Shown here: positions 16,180-24,152 of the stretch, piece after piece
Position numbering within the stretch: the first letter of the stretch is position 1
Layout of the letters: every line of letters begins with the position of its first letter
IMG/VR virus record: IMGVR_UViG_3300005713_000011
Location: 1-34,726 of that record
Direction: 5' to 3' (one strand)
DNA from: a virus
Lineage: Duplodnaviria > Caudoviricetes
DNA length: 34,726 nucleotides
The notes under the pieces: model-generated
Database searches by the model: none
Seen by the model: only the letters and a program-made list of their open reading frames with translations
Told to the model about the DNA's origin: nothing
Position numbers and translations under genes: made by a program

Positions 16180-16878
16180 TTAAGCCGCCTTCCGTATGCT
16201 CGCATCAAATGCGCGATCGGTGCCCGCGATCTTTTTAAGCGTTGCGTCCCACCCGTTGCCGAGCCATAGCGGCGGCGTGGCGAGGATTTCCACTTGTGCG
16301 TTCTGCAACATGGCCTCGATCAATTGCCGCTTGGTCCCGCCGGATTTGATCGTTTCCATGACGCGGAATTCGAAATCGTCGGCCTTCGCCATGTTCGCAA
16401 CGCCGTCGACGAGCACCCAATAAATCCCCTTGTTCGTGTCCGTCTGCAGAGTCGTTGTGCCGCTGATGATCGACAATTCGGTTCCACCGATCGTCACCGC
16501 CGACAATTCCGCAAAGCTCGTCCAGGTGCCGATCTTGCGCACGCTCAAATCGAACGCGCGATCGGTGCCCGCGAGCTTCTTAAGCGTGATGTCCCAGCCG
16601 TGGCCCAACGGCATCGCCGGGAACATCCAGTTTTCCGCTTGCGCGTTGCCGATCGTCGCCGAGAACACGACGCGTTGCGTGCCGCCGCTCGCGCGCACTT
16701 TCTCGAGATATTGGACGAGGAACCGGTCGCCCTTCGCGAGATTGGTCACCGGATCGAGCGTCAACAGATAAACGCCCTTGGTCGTATCGGCCGCGACCGT
16801 CGTCGAATTGTTGACGACCGAATAAGCGCTCGTTCCAATCGAGCCGGTCGTGCGCTCGTAAGCGGCCGTCCAAGTCAT
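16180..16878 (-). CDS. Virion accessory protein with two tandem homologous domains
   Basis: Both halves end GxGWDxTLKKxAGTDRAFDxSxRK. Confidence 0.7.
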   Translation of the reverse strand: MTWTAAYERTTGSIGTSAYSVVNNSTTVAADTTKGVYLLTLDPVTNLAKGDRFLVQYLEKVRASGGTQRVVFSATIGNAQAENWMFPAMPLGHGWDITLKKLAGTDRAFDLSVRKIGTWTSFAELSAVTIGGTELSIISGTTTLQTDTNKGIYWVLVDGVANMAKADDFEFRVMETIKSGGTKRQLIEAMLQNAQVEILATPPLWLGNGWDATLKKIAGTDRAFDASIRKAA

Positions 16879-17114
16879 GTCGACGGGTTCCCGAGTCCGA
16901 CGTGCGAACGTTGCTCGACATCGTCAACCGGGTTCGTTAGCTCGACCTCGACGACATATCCGCCCGGCACAATCGCCGACGGCTTGATCTCGATCCGCAC
17001 AAGGTCCGTGCCCCACGGCTGCAAATGCGACAGGATGCCCGAAAGAAAACCGTAGGCCTCGCGCAACGTGTCCGCGCTCGCGTCCGGCAACGTCCGTTGA
17101 TAGACCGTCGTCAT
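16875..17114 (-). CDS. Hypothetical protein
   Basis: 79 aa; overlaps the start of the next gene (ATGA). Confidence 0.55.
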   Translation of the reverse strand: MTTVYQRTLPDASADTLREAYGFLSGILSHLQPWGTDLVRIEIKPSAIVPGGYVVEVELTNPVDDVEQRSHVGLGNPST

Positions 17115-17116
17115 GT

Positions 17117-17962
17117 TTAGCTCACCCCGTGCAAAGCGACCTCGTAAGCGCCGCCCGCCGCGCCGCTGCACGACGCCCGCATCGCAAGGCGCGTTCCCGA
17201 TGGAATGTCCGCCCATGCCGGGAACGGCGGCGTCGGTCCGGCGCAACCTTCGACCGACTCATGCGGAAACCAATATTGCGCCGCGATTTCTTCTTCAGTC
17301 GCCGCGCCGACTCCAATGTCGATTGTCAGGACACGGATCGACACTGTCGTTCCCGAAACCTGAAACGACGGGACGACCGCGAAATGATCCTCGCTTGTCG
17401 CGTTGACGATTTGCGTCCAGGACCCTTCCGCGCCCGACGCGCCCGGCGTGATCGTGATGCCGGTCGGCACCGATGCCACGCCGTACGTCGTGACCTTGGA
17501 CCCGACGCGGAATGGCGGATAACCGTTACCGCCATACAGCCAAATGGCAACGCGTGTGGCAAAGCTCGTGCGCTCGCATGCAAAGCGCGCGCTCAGGCGC
17601 GAGCCCGACGGAATGTAAAGCGGGAAGGTCCAGAGCTTAGGTCCGCACGTGTCCGACGCCGTGCCGACCGACGACGCGGCCCCCGCCAGCAAATCGGGAA
17701 TCAAAACCTCTTCGGTCGCCGCGCCAATCCCGATATCGAGACAAGCTTTCGACGACAACGTCGTTCCTTGCACACCCGCCATGGAAACAACGGCGAGATA
17801 GGAATCGAACGCGGTTGCGGCGATAAGCTCCGCCCACGAACCTTTCGTCGACGACGACGCGCCGCTGGTAACGACCGTGCCCGGGATCAATTGGCCGTTG
17901 GTCGGTTGACCTCCAAGATTATGCTCGCAACGCAGAAGGCCCTTTTGCGGTGTCCACAACAT
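17117..17962 (-). CDS. Putative fibre-associated or receptor-binding protein, paralogue 2
   Basis: 281 aa, MLWTPQKGLLRCEHN; internally duplicated DIGxGAATEE...IPSGxRL domain. Confidence 0.7.
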   Translation of the reverse strand: MLWTPQKGLLRCEHNLGGQPTNGQLIPGTVVTSGASSSTKGSWAELIAATAFDSYLAVVSMAGVQGTTLSSKACLDIGIGAATEEVLIPDLLAGAASSVGTASDTCGPKLWTFPLYIPSGSRLSARFACERTSFATRVAIWLYGGNGYPPFRVGSKVTTYGVASVPTGITITPGASGAEGSWTQIVNATSEDHFAVVPSFQVSGTTVSIRVLTIDIGVGAATEEEIAAQYWFPHESVEGCAGPTPPFPAWADIPSGTRLAMRASCSGAAGGAYEVALHGVS

Positions 17963-17963
17963 G

Positions 17964-18806
17964 TCAACTCACCGCGTGCAAAGACGCCTCATAGGCGGCA
18001 TCCAAAGCGCCGTTACACTGGGCCCGCATGCAAAGCCGCGATCCCGACGGCATATCCGCCCATGTCGGCATGAACGGGAACGGCCCGCCCTGTGCTTCAT
18101 TCGCGTTCGTGCCATACCAATATTGACTGGCGAGTTCCTCTTCCGTCGCGGCACCGATTCCGATGTCGACGCCGTAAGTCTTCGCCGTTGCGCTGCCATC
18201 ATTCACCTGGAACGACGGGAACACCGCGAAATGATCCTCGCTTGTCGCGCTTATGATTTGCGTCCAAGCGCCTTCCGCGCCGGATGCACCCGGCGTGATC
18301 GCGGTGCCGCCGGGAACGGTTCCGGTTCCGTATGTCGTAACCTTCGTGCCGACGCGAAATGGCGGGGAGCCGTGACCGCCGTAAAGCCATATGCCCAGGA
18401 ACGCCGCAAAGCTCGTCCGGTCGCTCGCGTAGCGTCCCGCAAGGCGCGAGCCCGACGGAATGTAGAGCGGAAAGGCCCACGTCTTCGGCGGACCGTTAAG
18501 CCCCGATGTCGAGCCATAGCCTGCCGCGCCACCGCATAGGAGGTCGGCTATAATCACTTCTTCCGTTGCCGCGCCGATCCCGATGTCGACCGCACCGCGC
18601 CAAGCATTGTTTGGCGCGCCGAGCCCCGCGAGCGAGATAAACATGAAATAGGAATCGAACGCGGTTGCGGCGATAAGCGTCGACCATGCGCCTTTGGTCG
18701 ACGCCGACGCACCGCTCGTGATTTGCGTGCCCGGCATAAGCTGCGACGCAACCGCCGGGGAATTGTGCTCACACCGCAGAATTCCCTTTTGCGGAGTCCA
18801 GAGCAT
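17964..18806 (-). CDS. Putative fibre-associated or receptor-binding protein, paralogue 1
   Basis: 280 aa from the ATG at 18806 (TGATG overlap), MLWTPQKGILRCEHN; collinear with 17117-17962. Confidence 0.7.
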   Translation of the reverse strand: MLWTPQKGILRCEHNSPAVASQLMPGTQITSGASASTKGAWSTLIAATAFDSYFMFISLAGLGAPNNAWRGAVDIGIGAATEEVIIADLLCGGAAGYGSTSGLNGPPKTWAFPLYIPSGSRLAGRYASDRTSFAAFLGIWLYGGHGSPPFRVGTKVTTYGTGTVPGGTAITPGASGAEGAWTQIISATSEDHFAVFPSFQVNDGSATAKTYGVDIGIGAATEEELASQYWYGTNANEAQGGPFPFMPTWADMPSGSRLCMRAQCNGALDAAYEASLHAVS

Positions 18807-19270
18807 CAGACGACGTTCGGGACAAACTTGAGACCGAACGTGAACGCGATCGAATCCGCGCTCACGACGTTGATCGCTGTAAACACGCCGCGAATCAGCA
18901 TGTTGCCCGTCGACACCGCGTCGAAGAGTCCGGCTTCCGTGATCGCGAGCGACGATCCCGCCGTGACCGATCCCGTCACTTGGTAATTGTCGTTTGTGAC
19001 CGTGATCGTCGTGCGCGATTCGGTGCCGACCGTGCGACCGCCCGCCGTCGTCGGTGCGGATTCGGTTTGCAATTGCGTGTCGCCGACCGCCGCCGCGTTC
19101 GTGCCGATGCCCCAGCCGATATTCTTGGGCGCGGTGCCCGCCTGAATCATGCGGTTCGTGACGATCGCCGCGCCCGCGTTCGTGAACGCAACCGCGAGCG
19201 AAATCAGACCGCGCGCGATCAACTCGCGCAACGCTTCGGCCATGCGCGGCCGGACTGTGACAGCGTGCAT
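18806..19270 (-). CDS. Small tail fibre/collar subunit
   Basis: TNAG...IGWGIGT.AA..DTQLQTE...ITEAGLFDA.STGNML...F pattern of phage tail-collar/fibre subunits. Confidence 0.65.
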   Translation of the reverse strand: MHAVTVRPRMAEALRELIARGLISLAVAFTNAGAAIVTNRMIQAGTAPKNIGWGIGTNAAAVGDTQLQTESAPTTAGGRTVGTESRTTITVTNDNYQVTGSVTAGSSLAITEAGLFDAVSTGNMLIRGVFTAINVVSADSIAFTFGLKFVPNVV

Positions 19271-19318
19271 ATTGTTGCCTTTCTTCTTCGATTCGTATGC
19301 GGATCAATAGAACCAGGT

Positions 19319-19561
19319 CTAAGCCGCGGCCGGGGCGGCCGTGACCTCGATCATTGCGTCGACTGCGAATTTCGCCTGTGCCGCCGCGAGTTCCTCATTG
19401 GTCGCGATCCGCTCACGCCAATTTATCGACCCGCCGAGGTCGGCCGCGACAAGCTCGACCAACAGCACGCGCATTTTCCCGACAACGTCGGTTCCGTCTT
19501 CCGCCTTCGCGGGCACGTCGACCGTCGTCTCGACGGCGCTGTGCACTTTGTATTTTGCCAT
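19319..19561 (-). CDS. Hypothetical protein
   Basis: 80 aa, AAGGAG RBS. Confidence 0.6.
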   Translation of the reverse strand: MAKYKVHSAVETTVDVPAKAEDGTDVVGKMRVLLVELVAADLGGSINWRERIATNEELAAAQAKFAVDAMIEVTAAPAAA

Positions 19562-19564
19562 GCG

Positions 19565-19813
19565 TCACACTCCTTCAATTCGCTTCGCAACTTCGCGAAG
19601 CCAAGCGCCAATCCCGAACAACACGCGCGCATGAAACGGCATCGGGACATTCACCGCGATGCTCGTTTCCTCGCGCACGTCCGCGACCTCGAACGTACGG
19701 CCGCAAGCGCAACGCGCCGAACCCGATGGATTCGGCGCGCCGCATGCCGCGCATTTGGGATACTTGACCGCCGTGAGCGTCGCTTCGACGCGTACGGTTG
19801 CGCCGCCGCCCAT
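19565..19813 (-). CDS. Zinc-ribbon hypothetical protein
   Basis: CAACGAPNPSGSARCACG. Confidence 0.55.
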   Translation of the reverse strand: MGGGATVRVEATLTAVKYPKCAACGAPNPSGSARCACGRTFEVADVREETSIAVNVPMPFHARVLFGIGAWLREVAKRIEGV

Positions 19814-20091
19814 CACGGAGTCGGCGATTGCGTCCCGGTCGACGGTGGCGTCGGCGGAGGAATCTTCGAGTCCGCCTCGGCGATGAACTCGTCGAGCGCG
19901 ACAAGCGCGCCCTCGAGCGCCGCGACCTCGTTTGCGTAAACCTGCTGCAGATAAGTGCCTTGCGTCGCGCGTTGCTTCGCCGCTGCAAGCTGGCCCGTGA
20001 CTTCGGTCTTTTTCGCAACGAGAGCGTCTTTGACCGCCTGATAGTTCGGCTCCGCCGGTTCTGCCGGTGCCGGTGCTGGTTCTCCTGACAT
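19813..20091 (-). CDS. Small helical-hairpin protein (distant paralogue of 27707-28216)
   Basis: AAGGA RBS; TYLQQVYANEVAALEGALVALD. Confidence 0.6.
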   Translation of the reverse strand: MSGEPAPAPAEPAEPNYQAVKDALVAKKTEVTGQLAAAKQRATQGTYLQQVYANEVAALEGALVALDEFIAEADSKIPPPTPPSTGTQSPTP

Positions 20092-20123
20092 GGTGTTTTC
20101 CTTTCCTTGGTTAGACGCCCGCG

Positions 20124-20915
20124 TTAAAGCCGTTCAGTCAAGCGAAACGAACGCGCCCAATTCTGCGACGCGATCCGCGCGGCGAGGTCCGCGCCGATCT
20201 CGCGAAAGCTTCCCCATATCGAATCCCGCGCGCGGTTGATGGCCGTGTCCTCCGGGTCATCGATCCAAAGCACGTCGCCACCCGCGCCGACAGCGAAATC
20301 GAAAAACTGAAAGCTCTCCCGCACTTCGGTTTTCGTCAGCCCGGCAATCGTGATCAACCGCGTACGGAATGTCACGCCCCGGGTACAGAAGTCTCCGCCC
20401 GTGTGCGGGTTCTTTTCCCGCGTCGACAGATCGACGCGCCCCTCGCGCGCGCCGTAAGCGTAATTACGCCCAGGCTTGAACAATTGGCCGATCTTGATAA
20501 GGCCGATGTCGATCACCGAATCCAGCGTGAAAATATCCACGCGCCAATAGCGCGCCGTGACCGGTGCCGCGATCGTGCCAATCACGTTGCCGTTGTAAAC
20601 GACGTCGGTCACGTTGAAGGTAACGCCGCTATCGTACAGGAGCGAGGTCAACGCGTTTGGATCGGCCGTCGACGCACGTATTCTGACCGAAGTCGACACT
20701 TGACTTGTTATCGTCGTCGAAATCAGCGCGAAGCAATCGACCGGCAACGCCGAGCCCAGGTCGTAAATGATCGCCGTCGAGCCCGCCGCGACCCGCATCC
20801 GGTGACGCGGTTGCGGGTCCAGCAACTTGTCGGTTCCCAAACCGGCCGCCGTGCCCGACGTTACGTTCGGCACCAAGCCGTCGTTCCACGTCCGCAGCCA
20901 CGCGTGTTTTGCCAT
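20124..20915 (-). CDS. Tail tip/distal tail-type protein
   Basis: 263 aa; TARYWRVDI...IDIG...NYAYG...FDFAVGAGGDVLWI; position after the tail proteins. Confidence 0.55.
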   Translation of the reverse strand: MAKHAWLRTWNDGLVPNVTSGTAAGLGTDKLLDPQPRHRMRVAAGSTAIIYDLGSALPVDCFALISTTITSQVSTSVRIRASTADPNALTSLLYDSGVTFNVTDVVYNGNVIGTIAAPVTARYWRVDIFTLDSVIDIGLIKIGQLFKPGRNYAYGAREGRVDLSTREKNPHTGGDFCTRGVTFRTRLITIAGLTKTEVRESFQFFDFAVGAGGDVLWIDDPEDTAINRARDSIWGSFREIGADLAARIASQNWARSFRLTERL

Positions 20916-20918
20916 GGC

Positions 20919-21266
20919 TCACGCCGGTGTTTGCGTCAGCGCCGCTTGCCGCGCGGCCTCGCGTTCCGCCGCCTCTTGCGCCTTCGCCGCGCGGAAGCCG
21001 GGGAGCGCAGCGACCACCGCGTCGAGCACCGCAACGTCGGCCGCCTCGACCGCCGGGAATCCCATTGCCTGCAAATCGAGCGTCACTTGCGCCATGATCG
21101 GAAGAACCACGCCGCCCGGCGGGATCATCACCCGGTGATAGGTATCCGCGAGCACCGCGCCGCCGTCGCCGACCACGCGCTTGAACAAGCGCAAGCCGAT
21201 GTCGCCCGATTGCGCATTGATCTCTATACGGTCGATAAGCGTTTTCGCCAGCATGAGTGCCCTCAA
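20919..21266 (-). CDS. Small fibre-associated protein or chaperone
   Basis: IDRIEI...YHRVMIPPG motif; coupled to the upstream fibre gene. Confidence 0.55.
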   Translation of the reverse strand: MRALMLAKTLIDRIEINAQSGDIGLRLFKRVVGDGGAVLADTYHRVMIPPGGVVLPIMAQVTLDLQAMGFPAVEAADVAVLDAVVAALPGFRAAKAQEAAEREAARQAALTQTPA

Positions 21267-21847
21267 AAGAAATACGTGATCGTAAATTCGAGCGCGCCCG
21301 TCGCGCTCGACGAATTCGCCGGGATCGCCGTCGGCGCTGCATTATCGGCCGCCCGATAGAATCTGACGATCGTTTCACCCTGGAACACGTCGATCGAGAG
21401 AGCGTTAAGCGTTGCGGTAAGATCGAAGCCCGAGAGATACCCGTGCGCCGCGCCGTAGCCCATGCCGGACGCGCCGCCGATCGTGAACGGAAAGCCCATT
21501 CTCAACTGTCCCGCGCCCGCGCTTCCTATCGAATTCCACGCGATGAACCCGGCAAGCGTCACTTGACGGCCGATCTTCACATAGCTGCAGACGTTGATAT
21601 TGAGCGTGTAATTGTTCGTGCCGTCGCCCAGGCTTGCGGAAAACGTGCCCTCTTCGTAATCGTCCAGGATGTTCGGATCGCCCGACGCGTTCTGAGATGA
21701 CGGGAACGGGATTTGACCGTTACAGACATACGTTTTGATATCGGCGACAGAGGTCTTTGCGTTTGCACCGCCCTGCACGACGCGCACCAATTCCGCGCCG
21801 GTCAGCGACGGCACCGACGTTTCCGCGCTCGTTTTTACGTCGGCCAT
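21263..21847 (-). CDS. Short tail fibre protein
   Basis: FPSSQNASGDPNILDDYEEGTF...YVKIGRQV, a common phage fibre motif. Confidence 0.7.
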   Translation of the reverse strand: MADVKTSAETSVPSLTGAELVRVVQGGANAKTSVADIKTYVCNGQIPFPSSQNASGDPNILDDYEEGTFSASLGDGTNNYTLNINVCSYVKIGRQVTLAGFIAWNSIGSAGAGQLRMGFPFTIGGASGMGYGAAHGYLSGFDLTATLNALSIDVFQGETIVRFYRAADNAAPTAIPANSSSATGALEFTITYFF

Positions 21848-21851
21848 TGGG

Positions 21852-24152
21852 TCATTCCCTCAATTCGAGTCCGTCGTCTTCGCGCAATTCCGCGCCGCCG
21901 TCTTCGCGCAATTCCACACTTGCCACAGCCGCGGACAACCCCGCCGGGTTTGTGCCGATGACCAGCATGGATACAAGCCGCTCGTTCGGACGCTCGCGCC
22001 ACCCCGCGACGATTCCCGCAAAGCCGCCGTCCAATCCAAAACGCGGATAGGACTCGATCTCGCATCCCATGCCGAGTTCAATCTGCCCGCTGTAAAGATC
22101 GGTTGTCACTTCGAACGCGACGAGGCCCTGTTCGAGCCATGCGCGGATTTGATCGACGCGCGTTTGCGCTTCCGTGTTGTTGAGCCACAGCCCGGGAAGC
22201 ATCCACGAGCGCTGTGTCTTCTGACGCGTTTGCAGTGAGGTCGACACCGACTCGACCGTGCGGCCCGGTCCCGCGAGCTTTGACCGCGTGCCGCCCGTGA
22301 CCGAGCTCGAAATGTCCGTCAACGGATAAAAGTTCACCTCGACCGTCGTCTCGACCTTGTGCGGTGCAGGCTGCAGCGATGACGGCAACGGCACCGGCCG
22401 CACATTCGCTATGTCCTGCATCTTGAGCGCGACGCGCTCGCCGGGCATCGGCATCGCCATTGAAAGCCGAAGCTTGCCGTTCCGGCCGCCGGACATCCAA
22501 ATGCCGCCCGATCTCAACACACGCTCGATTGCATCGCGCACGCTCGACCGGTCACCCGCCGGGAAATAGATGCCGATCTCGCCCGGGAGAATCGAATCGA
22601 TGTCCGTAAACGTCGCGGCCTCAACGTCGCTCGCTGGGAGGATCGCGCCGTAATACTGCAACATGCGGTTTACGATCTCGCCGTGCTGATTGGCATAAAT
22701 GTCGAGTGCCGGATCGTCGCCGCGCACCGTGCACGTTATGATTCCGTTCGGCGTGAACCCGAGTTGAAAGACACCGTTCGCGACAATTTCCCGGAATTGG
22801 CCGACGCCCGGCGTGCCGCCCGTTTCGGCAATCGCGACGCCACGCTCGCGCACGTCGGTCACGTTGTTGATGGCCCCCGCCGACACCATGTAGGTGTAAA
22901 GCGAGCCGAACCCCAGGTCGAAATTGCCGAGTTCTTGCGGGAGAAGATTGTAACAGCGCCCGAACGCGGCAGGCTTCGATTGCCCCTGCAATTCCGTCCC
23001 GCCGCCGAGCCCGGCCGTGCCGTCGAATTCATACGGCTGCAACGGCACATTCAACCGCTCGCCAAGATCGGACACGGTTAAAATCATGTCGTCGCCGTCC
23101 GGCGTGAGCGCCGCCGTGATGCCGTAAAACACCGGCACCGCCGACGCGTACGTGACGCCTAGATCGGATGCGGTTTCACTGACGACGAGCACCGTCTTGA
23201 TCATCACCAACCGGCCGACGGCGAGATTGCGCGCCGCAATCGCGTTCAACGCGCCGTCGCGGTTGTCGATCCGGATATCCGAAACCGTGGTCGACACAAT
23301 GCCGCCGACGCCCGCGCGGTCGGCCGCATGCTGCCGAATCTCCACCGGCCCCATGATCCGCCGTTCGTACGATTCGCCGGTCGAGAACGTGACGCCGCGC
23401 CCGGAATAGCGCTTCGAATATTCGCCCGCGATCCCCTCGTCGTAATAGAACAGGTCGAGGATCACTTCGCGCGCGCGCTCGTCCCGCGCCGCCGGTGCGA
23501 CCGTGTCCTGATAGAGAACGATCAACGCGCCCCAATTCAGCTTTGCGCCGCCGGTCGTGATCGTCACGTTCCGGTCGCCGGTCGACGCGTACGGCATCAC
23601 GAACGTATCGGCCAAATTGATTTGCGCTTGTGAGGTCCCCGAATCCGCATACTGATCAATGCGTTCGGTCATGCCGTCGACGGGGGCCGTCCTGATCTGA
23701 CCGGCTGCCGAATGCGAACAGCCGCCGACGTGGATCAAGAGCGCCGCACCCGCGCCCGGAACGACCGCAGCGCCCTTGATCGTCGTCGACGTTTGCTTCG
23801 TCACCGTGCCGATCGTCGGAAGCGCCGTGATTGGCACGCCAGAATAACACGCGATCCCGAGCGCCGCCGAGCGCGGGTCCGAACCGCCGCTCGTCGCCCA
23901 TGTGTAGTTTGCGGGTTCACTCCCGCCCGCGCGTTTCCACCACGTCCCGAATTGATTCGTCGTCGGTTCGAGAAAGAGCGCCGTCCAGCCCGCGCCGCCC
24001 GGCCCCGGCGGCGTGAGCGATTGCCCCGGCGACGCGGCGGCAACCGCAATCAAAATATCATCCTGGACGGTCCCCGCCGGTTTGGTGCACGTCGGGTCCC
24101 CGCCCGCCGTCGCAATCGCGCTTGCGGCCGAGCGGAACTTCGGCGAGGTCAT
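21852..24152 (-). CDS. Tail tip/hub protein with an added N-terminal beta domain
   Basis: 766 aa directly after the tape measure; IRIDNRDG, KPAAFGRCYN motifs; C-terminal ELREDG repeats. Confidence 0.65.
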   Translation of the reverse strand: MTSPKFRSAASAIATAGGDPTCTKPAGTVQDDILIAVAAASPGQSLTPPGPGGAGWTALFLEPTTNQFGTWWKRAGGSEPANYTWATSGGSDPRSAALGIACYSGVPITALPTIGTVTKQTSTTIKGAAVVPGAGAALLIHVGGCSHSAAGQIRTAPVDGMTERIDQYADSGTSQAQINLADTFVMPYASTGDRNVTITTGGAKLNWGALIVLYQDTVAPAARDERAREVILDLFYYDEGIAGEYSKRYSGRGVTFSTGESYERRIMGPVEIRQHAADRAGVGGIVSTTVSDIRIDNRDGALNAIAARNLAVGRLVMIKTVLVVSETASDLGVTYASAVPVFYGITAALTPDGDDMILTVSDLGERLNVPLQPYEFDGTAGLGGGTELQGQSKPAAFGRCYNLLPQELGNFDLGFGSLYTYMVSAGAINNVTDVRERGVAIAETGGTPGVGQFREIVANGVFQLGFTPNGIITCTVRGDDPALDIYANQHGEIVNRMLQYYGAILPASDVEAATFTDIDSILPGEIGIYFPAGDRSSVRDAIERVLRSGGIWMSGGRNGKLRLSMAMPMPGERVALKMQDIANVRPVPLPSSLQPAPHKVETTVEVNFYPLTDISSSVTGGTRSKLAGPGRTVESVSTSLQTRQKTQRSWMLPGLWLNNTEAQTRVDQIRAWLEQGLVAFEVTTDLYSGQIELGMGCEIESYPRFGLDGGFAGIVAGWRERPNERLVSMLVIGTNPAGLSAAVASVELREDGGAELREDDGLELRE

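Noticed and set aside
12988-16269. Long + strand ORFs with SDGTGVV repeats or Arg-rich sequence (13013-14041, 14546-16123, 12988-14892)
   Set aside because: They are antisense shadows of the repeat genes. High GC and repeated Thr/Val/Ser codons leave the opposite strand free of stops, and the - strand frames fit the operon with tight coupling.
17117-18806. Diversity-generating retroelement or invertible tail-fibre switch
   Set aside because: There is no reverse transcriptase or invertase in the window, both paralogues are intact and in the same orientation, and differences are not adenine-specific.
17964-19307. 447-aa ORF as called in the track
   Set aside because: The 5' extension overlaps the 154-aa gene; the paralogue alignment fixes the start at 18806.
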